DNA from: Opitutales bacterium
GTDB taxonomy: Bacteria; Verrucomicrobiota; Verrucomicrobiia; Opitutales; UBA953
NCBI GenBank assembly: GCA_040398005.1
Contig: JBBAUX010000009.1
Span: 13,415 to 77,414, forward strand
Direction of reading: 5' to 3'
DNA: 64,000 nucleotides
Numbering within the stretch: the first letter of the stretch is position 1; each line of letters opens with the position of its first letter. The notes under the pieces were generated by a model. The model was not told where the DNA came from. It did not search any database and saw nothing but the letters and a program-made list of their open reading frames with translations. Of the stretch, positions 61,466-64,000 are shown piece after piece. The translations under genes were made by a program, and so were the position numbers.

Positions 61466-64000
61466 ATGGCCCACCACGACCCCTTCAAAGCTCTCCGACC
61501 TTTCTCCGCCGCTGGCAAGTCGGGCTCCCTCTATTCCCTCCCCGCCCTCGAACAAGCAGGCCTCGGAAAAATTTCCCGTCTCCCAGTCTCCATCCGCATC
61601 GTCCTCGAATCCGTCCTGCGTAATTGCGATGGCATCGCCGTCACCGAAAACGACGTCCGCACGCTCGCGCACTGGAATGCAACGAAACCGGTCGACACCG
61701 AAATTCCTTTCGTCGTCGCTCGCATCGTCCTTCAAGATTTCACCGGCGTTCCTCTCTTAGTCGATCTCGCCGCCATGCGCGAAGCAGTCGCTCGTCTCGG
61801 TAAAGACAGCGCCGTCATCGAACCTCTCGTTCCCGTCGATCTCGTCGTCGATCACTCGGTCCAAGTCGACAGCGCAGGCACCGCGAATTCTTTCCTCGAA
61901 AATCTTCGTCAAGAATTCGGCCGCAACACCGAGCGTTACGAATTCCTGAAGTGGGGCATGCAAGCTTTCAAAACTTTCGGCGTCGTTCCTCCCTCCATCG
62001 GCATCGTCCACCAAGTAAATTTAGAATACTTGGCGAAACTGGTTTTCGAAAAGAACGGCGTATTTTATCCCGACACTCTTGTCGGTACCGACTCCCACAC
62101 GACCATGATTAACGGTATCGGTATCGTGGGTTGGGGCGTTGGCGGCATCGAAGCCGAAGCCGGCATGCTCGGTCAGCCCGTCTACTTCCAAACGCCTGAA
62201 GTCATCGGCGTACATTTAAAAGGCAGCCTCCTTGAAGGCGTTACGGCGACCGACCTCACCCTGCGCCTCACCGAAATTCTCCGTAAAGCCAAAGTGGTCG
62301 GTAAATTCGTTGAGTTCTTCGGCGAGGGTACCGAAGCCCTCTCACTCGCCGACCGCGCCACAATCGCCAACATGGCGCCTGAATACGGTGCCACGATGGG
62401 CTTCTTCCCTATCGACGACAAATCTCTCGAGTACCTCCGTCAAACGGGTCGCGATGAATCTCACGTTTCCTTCGTTCGCGAATATTACAAAGCTCAAGGG
62501 CTCTTCGGAATTCCAAAAGCAGGCAGCATCGATTACACTCAAACCATCGAACTGGATATCAGCACAGTCGTGCCTTGCGTGTCCGGACCCAAACGCCCGC
62601 AAGATCGTGTCGACCTCCCCGATATCAAAGAGACTTTCAACACACTCTTCACGACCCCCAAAGCGAAAAATGGTTTTGAAAAAACCGCAGCCGATCGCTC
62701 TGCCTTCGCTCCCGTCGGAAACACCGGCCGCAAATTAAATCACGCTTCCGTCGTCATCGCCGCCATCACCTCCTGTACCAACACTTCGAATCCTTCAGTC
62801 ATGGTCGCTGCCGGACTGGTCGCGAAAAAGGCCGTCGAGAAAGGCTTAACGGTTAATCCCGATGTGAAATGCTCACTCGCCCCAGGCTCACGCGTAGTCA
62901 CGGATTACTTAAACGAAACCAAACTCACTCCTTACCTCGATCAACTGGGCTTCAATCTCGTAGGTTATGGTTGCACCACCTGTATCGGAAATTCCGGACC
63001 GCTCGATGCTGATATCGAAAATGCCATCAAACAGGCTGACCTCGTAACGGCCTCGGTGCTCTCAGGTAATCGTAACTTCGAAGCCCGCGTTCACGGCGCC
63101 GTGAAAGCCAACTTCCTGATGTCACCTCCCCTCGTCGTGGCCTTCGCACTCGCAGGTCGTGTAGACATCGACCTCGATCACGAACCTCTTGGCACAGGTA
63201 AAGATGGTAAGCCAGTTTTCTTAAAAGATATTTGGCCCTCACAATCCGAAATCGCCGAGCACGTCGCTCGCGGTCTCAAGCCCGAGATGTTCAAATCAAA
63301 ATACGCCGCCGAATCTATGGCCAACGCCACCGCCGAATGGAAAGGCGTTCAAGGCGGCACAGGCGCTCGCTTTAGCTGGAAAGAATCATCCACCTACATT
63401 CAAGAGCCTCCTTTCTTCAAGGGCTTCTCGATGACTCCTCCTCCCGTACCTTCACTCAAGAAGCTACGTCCGATGGCCATCCTCGGTGACTCCGTCACGA
63501 CCGACCACATTTCGCCCGCCGGTTCTTTCAAAGAAGAAACTCCTGCCGGAAAATTCTTAATCGCCGCCGGAGTGAACAAAAAAGATTTCAATTCCTACGG
63601 TTCACGTCGTGGTAACGATCGCATCATGACCCGTGGTACCTTCGCCAACACCCAAGTGAAGAACTTAATGGCCGACGGCAAAGAAGGCGGCTTCACCAAA
63701 GTTCAACCTGAAGGAAAAATCGAAGCCATCTATGATGCTTGTCAGACTTACGCCCAACGCGGCGAAGGTCTCATCGTCTTCGGTGGTGTTGACTACGGTA
63801 TGGGTTCATCACGCGACTGGGCTGCTAAAGGCACCGCCCTCCTCGGAATCAAAGCCGTCGTCGCCCAAAGCTTCGAACGCATCCACCGCTCCAACTTAAT
63901 CGGCATGGGCGTTCTGCCTCTCGAATTCATCGACGGAAAAAATGCCGCGTCATTTAATCTAAACGGAACTGAAACGTTCGACCTCGAAGGCGTGACTGAT
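61466..64000 (+). CDS. acnA: Aconitate hydratase A (3' truncated by the window; missing from the ORF track)
   Basis: Manual translation from ATG61466: [112 protein letters not shown]. Confidence 0.97.
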   Translation, partial: MAHHDPFKALRPFSAAGKSGSLYSLPALEQAGLGKISRLPVSIRIVLESVLRNCDGIAVTENDVRTLAHWNATKPVDTEIPFVVARIVLQDFTGVPLLVDLAAMREAVARLGKDSAVIEPLVPVDLVVDHSVQVDSAGTANSFLENLRQEFGRNTERYEFLKWGMQAFKTFGVVPPSIGIVHQVNLEYLAKLVFEKNGVFYPDTLVGTDSHTTMINGIGIVGWGVGGIEAEAGMLGQPVYFQTPEVIGVHLKGSLLEGVTATDLTLRLTEILRKAKVVGKFVEFFGEGTEALSLADRATIANMAPEYGATMGFFPIDDKSLEYLRQTGRDESHVSFVREYYKAQGLFGIPKAGSIDYTQTIELDISTVVPCVSGPKRPQDRVDLPDIKETFNTLFTTPKAKNGFEKTAADRSAFAPVGNTGRKLNHASVVIAAITSCTNTSNPSVMVAAGLVAKKAVEKGLTVNPDVKCSLAPGSRVVTDYLNETKLTPYLDQLGFNLVGYGCTTCIGNSGPLDADIENAIKQADLVTASVLSGNRNFEARVHGAVKANFLMSPPLVVAFALAGRVDIDLDHEPLGTGKDGKPVFLKDIWPSQSEIAEHVARGLKPEMFKSKYAAESMANATAEWKGVQGGTGARFSWKESSTYIQEPPFFKGFSMTPPPVPSLKKLRPMAILGDSVTTDHISPAGSFKEETPAGKFLIAAGVNKKDFNSYGSRRGNDRIMTRGTFANTQVKNLMADGKEGGFTKVQPEGKIEAIYDACQTYAQRGEGLIVFGGVDYGMGSSRDWAAKGTALLGIKAVVAQSFERIHRSNLIGMGVLPLEFIDGKNAASFNLNGTETFDLEGVTD

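Noticed and set aside
61361..63591. Cluster of short ORFs suggesting a fragmented or non-coding region
   Set aside because: All are shadows of the acnA frame from 61466, which has no stop inside the window.

Overview
A gene-dense bacterial core-genome window with 58 supportable CDS (49 on +, 9 on -) and very short intergenic gaps. I found no rRNA, tRNA, CRISPR array, IS/transposase, integrase or prophage. Gene content suggests a streamlined Verrucomicrobiota (Opitutales-like) genome, which is an inference. Contents in order: rpoD (5' truncated), ychF, a lipoprotein plus fused CcsBA (System II) cytochrome c synthase, an RfaH-like NusG paralog, pyrF, ispD, menB, recF, secG, gluQ, a siroheme/sulfate-assimilation cluster (cbiX, cobA, cysI-H-D-NC, cysK), a lone umuC with a LexA-like palindrome, infA, tadA, a SOD with a Tat-like leader, an extended adenylate-kinase-like protein, glgP, aas, a Yej/Opp-type ABC transporter, an exosortase, glgA, a TorF-type porin, lipA, uvrD/pcrA, serA, plsY, hom, lysC, a TPR-ExbB-ExbD-like trio, uppS-cdsA-miaA, a peroxiredoxin, and acnA (3' truncated and absent from the ORF track). 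No unambiguous novel system is present. The best leads are: (i) the TPR plus ExbB/ExbD-like pair that appears to lack the proton-conducting residues, (ii) an uncharacterised lipoprotein coupled to a CcsBA with an internal signal-peptide-like junction, (iii) a GAAC-N4-GTTC box at umuC, (iv) pervasive leaderless-type promoter geometry, and (v) a dual-start Tat-SOD. All family calls come from motif recognition by eye; no database searches were run.
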